Assembly: GCA_964507055.1 (NCBI GenBank)
Contig: CAZDOJ010000001.1
Location: 977,313 to 1,041,312 of the forward strand
Source: an uncultured Gammaproteobacteria bacterium
GTDB lineage: Bacteria > Patescibacteriota > Microgenomatia > Levybacterales > UBA12049
Reading direction: 5' to 3'
DNA length: 64,000 nucleotides
The notes under the pieces were generated by a model that was not told the DNA's origin, searched no databases, and saw only the letters and a program-made list of their open reading frames with translations. Of the stretch, positions 10,008 to 20,377 are shown piece by piece (positions within the stretch are counted from its first letter, which is position 1; the number at the start of each line of letters is the position of its first letter). The translations under genes were made by a program, and so were the position numbers.

Positions 10008-11798
10008 TTATTCATTACCTTCAGCGACAAGATGTTCTGGAAGTCTAAAGAGCCCTTCGTCAAGTCTCTTTTGATCTAAGTAATGACTAATAAATCCAAC
10101 TGATCGAGACAATACAAACAATGCATTAAAAAATTCTGTATCAACTAATCTACGTAACTCTGTATGGTCCATATGCTCCTTTTCAGAAAGAATATCTAAG
10201 AGCACTGCTGCGATTGCTCCATCAACATTAAGAATAAGATTACCTTTTTTTGCCGCAGTTATTTTTTCTATTTCTAATGCAAAGGTTATAAATTGTTTCT
10301 CTTTAAGAGTCTTCGTAAACTTTTTAATTTCTGCAACTCGTGGATCAGGGAAATCGACTCGATACTTTTTATGTCCAATTCCAGAAATATATTTTTTCTT
10401 GCGAGCAAACTCTTCAACAAAGCCTGATGGTCGCTCTTGTGCAATAACACCGTCTAACCAATTACCTGCAGCTTGATTAATAGCTCCACCAAATCGAGGG
10501 CCGATTGTAAGTAATCCAGCTGATAAAGAAGATACAAGATCGCGACCCGCACGTGCTGTAATAATTGTATTCATTGCTCCAGAAACATACGGGCCATGAT
10601 CCGCAAGTAAACGGAGAATAAAATCAACAAACTCTACCAGCTCTTTTGATTTTGCTTTCTTCCCCAAAAAGAGTGAGGACACGACACCAGCGAAAGAATT
10701 ATTCTTTGCGAAAGAAAGTAAGTCTTCCTGCAGTAATTGTGGTTGCCCGGCTTTATCAATTGATATTGTTGAGGTAATTAATGACTTTTGTCGAGACTTC
10801 AAAGACGCAACTATTTCATTAAGATCTTGAGAAGTTGATTTTTCATCTGGAATTTGTTTAATGAGATTCATAAACTCAGTATATGAATTTGCGACATTGG
10901 CACCTGCTTGCTGTAATATTTTTCTTTTACCAAGTGCTGTCTCTTCATGTGTCTGAGCTAAAGCTTTTGCATGACCAAATTGCGGAGGTGTTTCAAACAT
11001 ATCAGCAATCGATCCTGCGATATAACAAATTACACGTTTGGTAATTTTCTTCTCTCGGAGTAGCTGAGCAATTTCATATTCATCAGTTCCTCCTAATTCG
11101 CCAAAATATACTATCGCTTTTGTTTGCGGATCTTTCTCAGCAGAAAGAAACGCATCTTTTGGAGTTGTCAGAGGGAACCGCTCACCGCCAAAAGAAAGGG
11201 AAAAAGAAATTCGTTTTCCTAATTGCACAACTGTGTTAATAATTTCATTTGTCATTCCACCAGAAGCAGAGAGAACGGCAACAGATCCGGCATCAAAAAG
11301 TTTTGCTTCACTTAACTGTCGGATATCAACGCCACCAATTGCTCCAAGTTTTATACTATTTGGAATTATTAAACCGATACTTGAAGGACCAATTAAAAAC
11401 TTACCAGTTTTATTTATTTCTTTATGGAGAGCAATTGTATGTTGTTCTGGAACTCCCTCTGCAAAGACGACGCCACCATTTACATTTGGAAAACCATGTA
11501 AAAATTCAAGTGTTGATTGCAAGACACGCCTTCCAGAAGAAAGATTTAAGAAAAAATTACATTCCTTTTTCTTAGGTTCTGGTAGAGCATTTGACGATGC
11601 ATAAACAGGAATTAATATTTCTTTTTTACCAAAGAAGTATCGCTCATTATTTCTTCCTGAAGCAATAATTCCAATAATACTTGGCTTTGATTTTTTTGCC
11701 AAGAAGTCAAAATCTAAAATTGCTTGAATAATTGTAGGATAACTTCCAATTGTAACTATACGTGCTTCAGTTTTTCTTAAAGATGCGATATTTATCAT
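10008..11798 (-). CDS. aclA: ATP-citrate lyase alpha subunit (CoA-binding/ligase plus citryl-CoA lyase domains)
   Basis: Collinear with the C-terminal 2/3 of ACLY. Shared segments: KEILIPVYAS, SASGGMTNEIIN, catalytic QFGHAKA, ADHGPYVSGAMNTIITARAGRDLVSSLSAGLLTIGPRFGGA, NLILNVDGAI, GFISHYLDQKRL. Confidence 0.85.
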   Translation of the reverse strand: MINIASLRKTEARIVTIGSYPTIIQAILDFDFLAKKSKPSIIGIIASGRNNERYFFGKKEILIPVYASSNALPEPKKKECNFFLNLSSGRRVLQSTLEFLHGFPNVNGGVVFAEGVPEQHTIALHKEINKTGKFLIGPSSIGLIIPNSIKLGAIGGVDIRQLSEAKLFDAGSVAVLSASGGMTNEIINTVVQLGKRISFSLSFGGERFPLTTPKDAFLSAEKDPQTKAIVYFGELGGTDEYEIAQLLREKKITKRVICYIAGSIADMFETPPQFGHAKALAQTHEETALGKRKILQQAGANVANSYTEFMNLIKQIPDEKSTSQDLNEIVASLKSRQKSLITSTISIDKAGQPQLLQEDLLSFAKNNSFAGVVSSLFLGKKAKSKELVEFVDFILRLLADHGPYVSGAMNTIITARAGRDLVSSLSAGLLTIGPRFGGAINQAAGNWLDGVIAQERPSGFVEEFARKKKYISGIGHKKYRVDFPDPRVAEIKKFTKTLKEKQFITFALEIEKITAAKKGNLILNVDGAIAAVLLDILSEKEHMDHTELRRLVDTEFFNALFVLSRSVGFISHYLDQKRLDEGLFRLPEHLVAEGNE

Positions 11799-12970
11799 AT
11801 TGTTTTTAATGCTAACGCTACTATTTCCTGTAATGGCATTTCAGGTCCCGAAACATTTCCATATAAGTTTTCTTTTTGTAAAAAGTCTTGCATTTGTGCG
11901 AGTCCTTCAGATTGATGAGGACCACCACGTCGTACAAATACTTGAATATTTTGCTTCTTCAAATTATTTTTCTCTTCATCGAGTGCTTTGATAATACCTG
12001 CAAAAGTTAAGCGAATATCCGTAAAGTTTGCAACACCACCAGCAATAACAAGCACTTTCTTTTTCGCTTTTGATTTTAAAAGTAACTGGAGTAAATGCTT
12101 GGTATACAAATACACTTCTTCAGTATTCGGGTTCCCGCTATACTCTCCATAATTAGCTATCTCTTTTCCATATCCAAGATTATAAACTTCGTCAGCAAGA
12201 ACAATGCTTGCCCCTCCACCGGAGAGAAGCATAAAGACAGAACCATCTGGATTAAGGACATCAAGTTTGAAAGACGCCTGGCTTTTTTTTGCAAGATCTT
12301 CAATAGCTTCTTCTTCCATCAATTTTTTGCGTAGATCTGCTTGTCTAAAATCGCTACTCTTCCACATATCATTAACAAAAAACTCTGCAGAACTATCCAC
12401 TTCTGCCGCAATATCTAGAAAAGCCACAGAGTCTTCAAGTACAATCAATGGGTTAATTTCAAAGAAGGTAAAGTGGTACGTATGAAATATATCGTATATA
12501 GTTTGCAGTATTGGCAACGAAACCCCAAGTTCTTTAGCAACAATATCGAGTTGATTTGCAGAGGTAATCAATAATTTCTGCATTGCACTTTGGTTATCTT
12601 CAACATCAATTCCTCCTTTATTTGAATAGAGGACTTCAACTCCCTCGCGTGTAAGGCTCAATGAGAGATATTTTTCTGTAGTTTTTTCATGTGTGATAAA
12701 AGGTTCAATAATAAAATTTGTATATCCTTTTTTTGATAGTTTCAGTAACCCACTAGCGACTTCAAAAGAAGACTGGTCGAGAAACACAAGCCCTTGCTTC
12801 ATTCGTTTTTTAACGCCTTCATCTACTTTTACAACGTATGTCTTGTCTTTTCTTAATTTTGAATTATCAAATGGTCGTGAGGCGTCAACAGATATTCCTT
12901 CATAAGAAAGTTCGAGTTCTTTGGAGAGAAGCTGCTTTGCTCTAAATTCGCTAATCTTTTTTCGTGCCAT
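11795..12970 (-). CDS. aclB: ATP-citrate lyase beta subunit (ATP-grasp)
   Basis: Collinear with the ACLY N-terminus. Shared segments: FIIEPFITHEK...TREGVEVLYSNKGGIDVED, FEINPLIVLED, LNPDGSVFMLLSGGGASIVLADEV, ANYGEYSGNPN, VFVRRGGPHQSEGL. Confidence 0.9.
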   Translation of the reverse strand: MARKKISEFRAKQLLSKELELSYEGISVDASRPFDNSKLRKDKTYVVKVDEGVKKRMKQGLVFLDQSSFEVASGLLKLSKKGYTNFIIEPFITHEKTTEKYLSLSLTREGVEVLYSNKGGIDVEDNQSAMQKLLITSANQLDIVAKELGVSLPILQTIYDIFHTYHFTFFEINPLIVLEDSVAFLDIAAEVDSSAEFFVNDMWKSSDFRQADLRKKLMEEEAIEDLAKKSQASFKLDVLNPDGSVFMLLSGGGASIVLADEVYNLGYGKEIANYGEYSGNPNTEEVYLYTKHLLQLLLKSKAKKKVLVIAGGVANFTDIRLTFAGIIKALDEEKNNLKKQNIQVFVRRGGPHQSEGLAQMQDFLQKENLYGNVSGPEMPLQEIVALALKTI

Positions 12971-12980
12971 GCTCTGAGGT

Positions 12981-14183
12981 TTATTTTAGCACACCGAGGT
13001 CTTTGCCGACTGCGATAAATGCAGTGATCCCTTTATCGATATCTTCTTTGCTATGCGCAGCTGAAGGGATAACACGGATACGTGCAGCTCCTTTTGCGAC
13101 CATTGGGAAAATAATTGGAGTTGCGAATACATCTTTTTCAAAGAGTTTTGCACTGAATTCTTTTGCAACTTCTTCATCACCAAGCATAACAGGAGTAATT
13201 GGAGTTTGGGAGTTGCCAGTATCAAATCCTGCTTTCTTAAGCTCTGCTCTTAAGTAATTTGTATTGTCCCAAAGTTTTTTAACTACTTCATCTGATTCTT
13301 GAAGAATTGAAACTGCTGTAAGTGCTGCTGCTGTATCAGGAATCGTCAAAGCAATTGAAAAAAGTCGTTGTCTCGCTTTTTGGTTATAATAATCAATTAA
13401 AATTTGCTTTGCTGCGATAAAGCCACCCATTACAGAAAATGCTTTTGAAAGACTTCCAACTTCAATATCAACTTCTCCAACAAGTCCAAAATGATCGACC
13501 ACACCTCGTCCTCCATTCCCCATCACACCTTCTCCATGAGCATCATCAACCATTGTTAAGGCATCGTATTTTTTAGCAAGCTTTACTATTTCAGGAAGAG
13601 GAGCCAAATCACCATCCATAGAAAAGACTCCATCTGTGACAATAAGAATATATGGTTTTTCTCCATTAGCTTTTGCAACGGATTGGATTTCTGTAGCTTG
13701 AATAAGTTTTGCTTCAAGGTCTGACATATCAGCATGCTTGTAAATCATTTTATTCTTTACTCCTGATAATCGAACAGCATCGATGATGGATGCATGATTT
13801 AATTCGTCTGAAATAACAATATCTTCTTTTCCAATAATAGTTTGTATTGCTGCAGCATTTGCCGCATATGCACTTGAAAAAACAACTGCTGCCTCTGTAC
13901 CTTTAAAATTTGCAATTGCTTTTTCTAATTCCAAGTGGAGACTATGTGTTCCAGCGAGTGTTCGATATCCAGTACCAATACCAAATGTATCGAGTGCATC
14001 CTTTGCAGCTTTTTTCAATCGATCATCGACAGCAAATCCCAAGTAATGGCTTGAACAGAAGTTAAGTTTTTCCTGACCATCTATTGTAAGATACGCACCT
14101 TGACTGGAAGTAATGACACGAGGAGATTTTGCAGTTTTTTGAGCGTCTTCTAACTTTTTATAAAAATCTGATTGTGAGTTCAT
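12981..14183 (-). CDS. kbl: 2-amino-3-ketobutyrate CoA ligase (glycine C-acetyltransferase), class II PLP aminotransferase
   Basis: PLP-lysine context (...GSLSKAF...). Operonic and overlapping with tdh. Confidence 0.8.
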   Translation of the reverse strand: MNSQSDFYKKLEDAQKTAKSPRVITSSQGAYLTIDGQEKLNFCSSHYLGFAVDDRLKKAAKDALDTFGIGTGYRTLAGTHSLHLELEKAIANFKGTEAAVVFSSAYAANAAAIQTIIGKEDIVISDELNHASIIDAVRLSGVKNKMIYKHADMSDLEAKLIQATEIQSVAKANGEKPYILIVTDGVFSMDGDLAPLPEIVKLAKKYDALTMVDDAHGEGVMGNGGRGVVDHFGLVGEVDIEVGSLSKAFSVMGGFIAAKQILIDYYNQKARQRLFSIALTIPDTAAALTAVSILQESDEVVKKLWDNTNYLRAELKKAGFDTGNSQTPITPVMLGDEEVAKEFSAKLFEKDVFATPIIFPMVAKGAARIRVIPSAAHSKEDIDKGITAFIAVGKDLGVLK

Positions 14184-15199
14184 GGTTCAAGAATGACTTT
14201 GCCGCATTCACCGGACTTCATAACTTCCATCGCCTTTTCAAACTCTGAAAGTTTAAATTTGTGAGTAACAATCTTTTGCAAGTCCACCTGCTTGTCTACT
14301 AAAAGCTTTGTTGTATCTTCCCATGTTTCCCAAATCATCCGACCAAAAACTGAGCCAATGGTTATCTCCTTATTGATAAGATATTTACCCCAATCGATAT
14401 TAATGGATTCTTTTGGTATACCAAATGCTATAATCTTTCCTCCAATTCGGACAGCATCAAGTGCGATTTCAATACCAATACGATTTCCACTCATTTCCAA
14501 AACAGCGTCAAATGTACCGTATTCTGATTCATCGATCTTTTCTGTAACTCGATCAAATCCGACCTTCATCGCTAAGTCTCTTCGATATTCACGTCTATTT
14601 ACTCCAACAACCTCTGTTGCACCGTATGCTTTTGCGACCATTCCTGCACATAAACCAGTAGGTCCAAGTCCCATGACAAGAACTTTCTTTCCTTTCACTT
14701 CAGCTTTGGAAACTACATTTACAGCGTTACCCAATGGCTCCTGGACACTCATTGCTTCAACGGGAATTGAAGGATCATTTTTCCATGTTGTTCTTACCGG
14801 AATTGTCGCATATTCAGCAAATGCTCCGTCACGTCCAATTCCGAAAAGCTCCATATTCTCACAAATATGGTAATTTTTAATCTGACATTGATAACAATTC
14901 TCGCAGAAAATATGAGTTTCTGAAGACACGAGATCGCCTACTTTGAACTGTGTTTTTTCTTTTGTGTTAATCTTAACAACCTCTCCAACCATCTCGTGCC
15001 CCATGATTTGCGGCGGCTTTATGTGAGCTTCTGCCCAAGGTATCCAATTGTAAATACCTATATCAGTACCACAAATCGAAGCATACTTAACTCGTACAAG
15101 TACTTCTTCGTCTTTCGGTTCGGGTATTGCAACTTGTTTGATAGTTACACCTGGTGCGGGTTTTTCTTTGAGGACGGCAAGCATAGTATCTTTACTCAT
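14180..15199 (-). CDS. tdh: L-threonine 3-dehydrogenase (Zn-dependent MDR)
   Basis: Zn-ADH motifs ICGTD and GHEMVGEV. Rossmann GLGPTG. Cys cluster C..C..C..C. Confidence 0.85.
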   Translation of the reverse strand: MSKDTMLAVLKEKPAPGVTIKQVAIPEPKDEEVLVRVKYASICGTDIGIYNWIPWAEAHIKPPQIMGHEMVGEVVKINTKEKTQFKVGDLVSSETHIFCENCYQCQIKNYHICENMELFGIGRDGAFAEYATIPVRTTWKNDPSIPVEAMSVQEPLGNAVNVVSKAEVKGKKVLVMGLGPTGLCAGMVAKAYGATEVVGVNRREYRRDLAMKVGFDRVTEKIDESEYGTFDAVLEMSGNRIGIEIALDAVRIGGKIIAFGIPKESINIDWGKYLINKEITIGSVFGRMIWETWEDTTKLLVDKQVDLQKIVTHKFKLSEFEKAMEVMKSGECGKVILEP

Positions 15200-15238
15200 A
15201 TGTTGATAATTATATCACGTATACAGAGGATTAAACTA

Positions 15239-15709
15239 TTAGCTTATAGAGACTACTGTGTAGACCATTTTGCCTGCAGGAGCATCTACTTCTATTTCTG
15301 AGCCAACAGTTTTTCCAAGAAGTGCTTTTCCAAGAGGAGATTCATGAGAAATCTTCTTTTCTGCAGGATCAGCCTCCCATTCACCGACGACAGTAAATAG
15401 TACTTCTTTTCCGCTTGTCTTAACTAAAACTTTGGATCCTAAATCGACAGCTTGGGAACTATGTGCTTTTGTGTCTGAAATAATTTCTACACTTTTAAGA
15501 AGTCCTTCAAGCTCTTCGAGCCTTCCGTCTATAAAGGCTAATTCTTCTCTTGCCGCTGTATACTCAGCATTTTCTGAAAGATCACCCATTTCGCGTGCAG
15601 CGGATAATCGTTCGACAACTTCTGGACGTCGCTTATCATTGAGGTCTTTATATTCTTCCTTCAGGTCTTCAAACCCTTTTGGTGTAAGATAAATTTTCTT
15701 TGCATTCAT
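15239..15709 (-). CDS. greA: transcription elongation factor GreA
   Basis: N-terminal coiled coil with the acidic tip (GDLSENAEY). C-terminal FKBP-like domain. Confidence 0.9.
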   Translation of the reverse strand: MNAKKIYLTPKGFEDLKEEYKDLNDKRRPEVVERLSAAREMGDLSENAEYTAAREELAFIDGRLEELEGLLKSVEIISDTKAHSSQAVDLGSKVLVKTSGKEVLFTVVGEWEADPAEKKISHESPLGKALLGKTVGSEIEVDAPAGKMVYTVVSIS

Positions 15710-15757
15710 AGCATTTCATCGCTCAGTAGCCTGAGTCTGAGCCAGTATAATTAATAT

Positions 15758-16699
15758 TCATAGGTTTGTCAATAAACCTAATTGTCGCATTTTTAGCTTT
15801 AACTGCTTAAGCGTTTCCGCCCTATAGTCCCTTGGATGAAATGCTAAATGTGTATTTGTGACAGTTTCGTTGGTTCTATGGTTCTTCATAATGAAAATTT
15901 GTAAGAGACGTAATGCTCTTTCTGATGACAGAAAAAAGATTAATCTACTCAATACTTTTATAAACATAGCATTCGTTTTTGATTTCGGTAATATCATACT
16001 ATCAGAAGTACCATTGGGCAAATATGCTTTTACCCAATTGTTACTTTTTATAAAGGAAGCATACATGTTGTCTCTTTCATAAAGAGGTTTCATTTGAGCA
16101 ATTTCGTGTGCAGTATAAACGTCCCGCTTCTCAATAGGCCATGCTGTCTCTGTTTCGTCTATAATCAGGTTTATACAGAACATATTTTGCGTTTTTGTAT
16201 CTCCTCTCTTACGCCTCTTTCGCATAAAGGTTAAATAGATTAAAACCCAAAATCTTGTCGTAAAAACTTTTCCTTTCTCAGTAATAATAAAAAGATCGAT
16301 GTCATCTTTAGGCATTACATTTCGTGCTGCAAGACCTCCACTGATTCCTAACAATCGAATACTTGGAATTGCGAACAATACACTTGAAACTTCTTCCGCG
16401 ATACTCATTTTTTTTTGCACCTCATCAAGGTTCTTTTTCCTTTTACTGATATTTGCGGTCTTATTGGGTAGAGTAACGTATCCATCCTGAGAAAGAATAT
16501 GTGTACTTAAGCCATTCAAGGCTACTTCAAAATCTTTTTTCTTTATCTTTGTATCAGTAATTAAATACTGCCATAACTCATCCTTTGTTAAAGGAAAATG
16601 AAAGACATCACCATAGATAAGAGTTGTCAGGATTGCACGCTCTCCACGCGTGAAGTTATCATCAAGAGGATTACTTCTTTTTCTTTTCAGAGATCTCAT
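15758..16699 (-). CDS. hypothetical protein with Pol-beta-type nucleotidyltransferase-like motif
   Basis: GISGGLAARN...DDIDLFII resembles the GS...DxD signature. Rest of the protein unassigned. Confidence 0.45.
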   Translation of the reverse strand: MRSLKRKRSNPLDDNFTRGERAILTTLIYGDVFHFPLTKDELWQYLITDTKIKKKDFEVALNGLSTHILSQDGYVTLPNKTANISKRKKNLDEVQKKMSIAEEVSSVLFAIPSIRLLGISGGLAARNVMPKDDIDLFIITEKGKVFTTRFWVLIYLTFMRKRRKRGDTKTQNMFCINLIIDETETAWPIEKRDVYTAHEIAQMKPLYERDNMYASFIKSNNWVKAYLPNGTSDSMILPKSKTNAMFIKVLSRLIFFLSSERALRLLQIFIMKNHRTNETVTNTHLAFHPRDYRAETLKQLKLKMRQLGLLTNL

Positions 16700-18392
16700 A
16701 TTTCTTATATACTTGCAAAACTCCTGCGTTTAGTGGTTCGACGACTGTTTCAGCAGAATCACTATCAACAGTCATTGATCGGACAGCCGTACCCAAATAT
16801 GTATTGAGCATCGTGTTCATACCAGATTCACCATCATGAGTATCACTCGCAAACATAGAAGAAGATGCATCATCCATTTGACTTAAGAATGGATACACAA
16901 GCGGTTCCTCTCGCAAGTTCTCTCGCAAATCTTTCCTTGCATATGGTTCCCCAAAAGCACGAGTTTTTGCAGCTTCTGTATAGAATTTCTCTGAAGTTTC
17001 TTTCTCAGCTAAATACTTCATGAATTCCAATGCAGCCTTTTGATTTTTGCTTTTGGATGATACTCCTTCGACCCAGTAGCTGGCAACAGTTGTTTTCTTT
17101 CCATAAAGCTCGGGAACCGGATGAATCTTAAATTGTAGATCCTTATTTAACCTTTGGATTGCAAAGACATCCCAAGAATATCCAAAGTATATAGCGAGCT
17201 TACCTCGACTAAATGCAAGTAAGGAATTATCCAGTGTACTATCCCACACATTCTCGTCGCCAGTCGCAAAAGATGTATAGAACTCTAAAGCATCTGCTTG
17301 GCTTTTTGTGGAAGTAGTAAACTGATCCATATTCACCCCTTGCTGGATAAAAAGAAGTGAAATGACATCTGGTGCATGATTAATGTTGTCGTATGTACCA
17401 AGGGCTGCCCCAGCTGTTTGAATCTTCCCTGTCGAGTCTTTTACAGTAAGCTGTTTGGATACTTTAACAAAATCATCCCAATTTGTCGGAACCTGCACAC
17501 CTGCTTCTTCAAAAAGCTTCGGGTTAACAAACATTGCAAGGGAATCTGTACTTAATGGTATTCCGTAAATTGCACCATTTGCAATAAGATCTTTTTGCAT
17601 AACAGGATAATATCTTTCTTTGAATTGATCTGGCGTAATAACATCAGATGATAATGGAAGTAATACTCCAGCTAACATTGGACGCCATGTATTGTGGTAA
17701 CGGAAAATATCTGGTCCAGAACCATTATCAACTCTCGCTAATAATCGATCTCTATATTCTTCTGGTGTACGCTTTTGATATTCAATATCTATATTTGGAT
17801 GATCTTTCTCAAAATCAGCGATAAGTACTTGCATCGCATTTCCCTCTTCCCATAATCCCCACCATTGTAACTTCACCTGCTGAGTACTTTGACCTTTTGG
17901 CATGAGGAAAAATATAAGTAGCCCTAAAGCAAGGAGTGCACCGACACCAATTAATATCTTTTTGATCATGCCTCCCCCAAGGAATCCGGCAGGTGGCGGT
18001 GGAGGGGCAACACCTGCTTCTGTTTGTGCCCCATCTGCTGCTGGATCGATTGGCTGACCAGTAGCTGGGTCAATAGCAGGAGCTGCGTCAGGATCTGCAT
18101 TTGGATCAAGCGGTTGTCCTGTCGCAGGATCAACAGCTGGAGCAGCATTAGGGTCAACTGTCGGATCGACAGTTGTAGGGTCAGCAGGAATAGCGTTGGG
18201 ATCTTGATTCGGATCGACAACGGCATTTGGATCTACTTGCTGATTAGGATCGGGTAAAGCATTCGGATCTTGGAGCTGTGGATCAACTGGCTGTGTCGGA
18301 TCAGCCACAGGAGCATTTGGATCTGCGGGCGGAGGATCACTTGCAGGTGTTCCATCAGGATTGGTTTTATTGAAGACAACATTTTCGTCCAT
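16671..18392 (-). CDS. ABC transporter extracellular solute-binding protein (family 1, sugar-type) with N-terminal D/P/N-rich low-complexity tail
   Basis: SBP_bac_1-like body after a TM anchor (MIKKILIGVGALLALGLLIFFL). About 150 aa of DPNA/DPTQ-type repeats lie N-terminal of the TM. Confidence 0.7.
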   Translation of the reverse strand: MDENVVFNKTNPDGTPASDPPPADPNAPVADPTQPVDPQLQDPNALPDPNQQVDPNAVVDPNQDPNAIPADPTTVDPTVDPNAAPAVDPATGQPLDPNADPDAAPAIDPATGQPIDPAADGAQTEAGVAPPPPPAGFLGGGMIKKILIGVGALLALGLLIFFLMPKGQSTQQVKLQWWGLWEEGNAMQVLIADFEKDHPNIDIEYQKRTPEEYRDRLLARVDNGSGPDIFRYHNTWRPMLAGVLLPLSSDVITPDQFKERYYPVMQKDLIANGAIYGIPLSTDSLAMFVNPKLFEEAGVQVPTNWDDFVKVSKQLTVKDSTGKIQTAGAALGTYDNINHAPDVISLLFIQQGVNMDQFTTSTKSQADALEFYTSFATGDENVWDSTLDNSLLAFSRGKLAIYFGYSWDVFAIQRLNKDLQFKIHPVPELYGKKTTVASYWVEGVSSKSKNQKAALEFMKYLAEKETSEKFYTEAAKTRAFGEPYARKDLRENLREEPLVYPFLSQMDDASSSMFASDTHDGESGMNTMLNTYLGTAVRSMTVDSDSAETVVEPLNAGVLQVYKKYEISEKKKK

Positions 18393-18431
18393 AGCGAGGC
18401 CTATTTATAGTATAATACCTATAGATGGACC

Positions 18432-19886
18432 ATGACAATCTTATCTCAAATTAACCAGCTTGTAAAACAATTTCGAAAGAGTTTACCGAAAAAATCGGTT
18501 ATACAGCGTATTGGAAAAAGTGTCTTCTGGTTTACTTTGGGCGGTGTACTCGGGCTATTCTTCTTTATCAGTTTTGTCTATATACTCTATCAAAATGCTC
18601 ACACGGATCGAGTGTATGACGGAGTTTTGGTCAACGGCATAGATTTTGGAGGAAAGTCAGAAAATGAAGTTCGAGACTATTTCCTTGAAAAGAATAGAAA
18701 AATCCAAGATACTACATTTACGTTAACATCTCCTCAGGTAACAGCAACTATCTCAGCAGAACAACTTAATTTTGGCTACGATGCGGATCTCCTTGCAAAG
18801 CAGGCAATGAGTATCGGGAGATCTGATGATCATTTATCCAATATGAGCCTCATTCTCCAGGCGTATGTACAAAATGTACAACTGCCACCTGCATATAGAT
18901 ATTCAGAGAAAGATTTAGATACTACCTTTGCAACGCTAAAGGAAAAGGTGGACATAAAACCGGTTGATCCATTATTTAATTTTGAAAACAATCGGGTTGT
19001 TTCATTTAGGCTTGGCAGCGATGGAAAAGCAGTCGATGAAGATACGCTTGCTGAAGTTATTCTGTCCCAATCACGATCAGCACTGCTCAGTGAAAAACCT
19101 CAAGCTGTGACAATTGCCGTCCCTGTGCGATCTGTCCCATCAGCAGTTGCGGAAGATAAAGCACAAGGGCTGGGAATAAAAGAAAAGGTAGGAGAAGGGA
19201 CATCAAGGTTCATTGGTTCGATTGAAAATCGTATTTTTAATATTAGTCTCGCGGCTACCCGCTTAAACGGTACTATTATAAAGCCCGGTGAAGTCTTCTC
19301 ATTTAACAAAGCTGTAGGTGATATTTCTGTCTTTAATGGATATCGTCAGGCATATGTCATCAGCGGTGGCAAAACAGTCCTTGGAGACGGTGGAGGTGTT
19401 TGTCAGGTATCTACTACATTATTCAGAGCTGCATTGGCAGCAGGACTACCTATTGTTGAACGAAATCCACATGCATATAGAGTCAGTTACTATGAAGCTG
19501 AGACTGGACCAGGAATTGATGCAGCTATTTATACACCAAATGTTGATTTGAAATTTAAGAATGATACTCCAAAATCATTATTGATCCAAACATATATTGA
19601 TTTGGATACCCAAAGACTAACATTTGCTTTGTATGGGACGAAAGATGATCGTGAAGTAGCAATTTCCAAACCAGTTGTTGTCTCAGAATCGCCAGCACCA
19701 GAACCGTCATATCAAGATGATCCAAATTTACCAAAGGGCGAAGTCAAGCAAGTAGATTTTGCTGCACCTGGTGCAAATGTGTACTTTACCAGAACTGTTA
19801 CAAAAGATGGTGATACAAAGACTGATAAGTTTGCCTCAAATTATCGCCCTTGGCAGGCTGTGTTCATGCGTGGCACAAAGGAATAA
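18432..19886 (+). CDS. VanW-family protein
   Basis: N-terminal TM. Central VanW-domain pattern (YRQAYVISGGKTVLGDGGGVCQVSTTLFRAALAAGLPIVERNPH). Confidence 0.8.
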   Translation: MTILSQINQLVKQFRKSLPKKSVIQRIGKSVFWFTLGGVLGLFFFISFVYILYQNAHTDRVYDGVLVNGIDFGGKSENEVRDYFLEKNRKIQDTTFTLTSPQVTATISAEQLNFGYDADLLAKQAMSIGRSDDHLSNMSLILQAYVQNVQLPPAYRYSEKDLDTTFATLKEKVDIKPVDPLFNFENNRVVSFRLGSDGKAVDEDTLAEVILSQSRSALLSEKPQAVTIAVPVRSVPSAVAEDKAQGLGIKEKVGEGTSRFIGSIENRIFNISLAATRLNGTIIKPGEVFSFNKAVGDISVFNGYRQAYVISGGKTVLGDGGGVCQVSTTLFRAALAAGLPIVERNPHAYRVSYYEAETGPGIDAAIYTPNVDLKFKNDTPKSLLIQTYIDLDTQRLTFALYGTKDDREVAISKPVVVSESPAPEPSYQDDPNLPKGEVKQVDFAAPGANVYFTRTVTKDGDTKTDKFASNYRPWQAVFMRGTKE

Positions 19887-20377
19887 TTTTGTTTATGAAT
19901 AAAATCTTCAAGGTAGAACAAGCACGACAATTAGGTGCACAATTGGATGATCAGAGAAAGAATGTTGTGATAGCAGGAGGCTGTTTCGATATTCTTCACG
20001 TAGGACATCTCACATTTCTTGAAAAAGCAAAAGAACATGGAGATACGTTGTGTATTCTTATTGAATCAGATGAAAGTATCAAGAAATCAAAAGGTGAACA
20101 ACGGCCGATAAACATTCAGGCAGACCGATCAAAACTTGTTGCAGCATTATCAATGGTCGATTATGTTATTGAGCTTGCTCCAAATATGTCTAATGATGAC
20201 TACGATGCTCTGGTAATTGATCTAAAACCTGCTATAATCGCAACAACGAAGGGCGATAAAAATAGAGCCCATAAAGAACGACAAGCAGCTATTATAAATG
20301 CAAAAGTAATTGATGTTGTCGATCCTGTTGAGAATCAATCAACAACGAGGGTATTTAAAATATTGCACGAAATATGA
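19850..20377 (+). CDS. cytidylyltransferase-like nucleotidyltransferase (heptose-1-phosphate adenylyltransferase / RfaE domain II-like)
   Basis: GGCFDILHVGH (HxGH) motif. Overall pattern matches HldE C-terminal domain, ending in STT. Confidence 0.65.
   Translation: MAGCVHAWHKGIILFMNKIFKVEQARQLGAQLDDQRKNVVIAGGCFDILHVGHLTFLEKAKEHGDTLCILIESDESIKKSKGEQRPINIQADRSKLVAALSMVDYVIELAPNMSNDDYDALVIDLKPAIIATTKGDKNRAHKERQAAIINAKVIDVVDPVENQSTTRVFKILHEI

Noticed and set aside
11233-12485. Several 60-125-aa plus-strand ORFs (11233..11604, 11249..11575, 12095..12334, 12204..12485)
   Set aside because: They are antisense within the well-supported aclA and aclB genes.
17966-18257. ORFs 17966..18226 (-) and 18024..18257 (+), and repeat-like DNA
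   Set aside because: These are artefacts of the low-complexity GAT/CCA repeat DNA encoding the D/P-rich tail of the SBP gene. The region is not a CRISPR, because the repeats are imperfect, in-frame and lack spacers.
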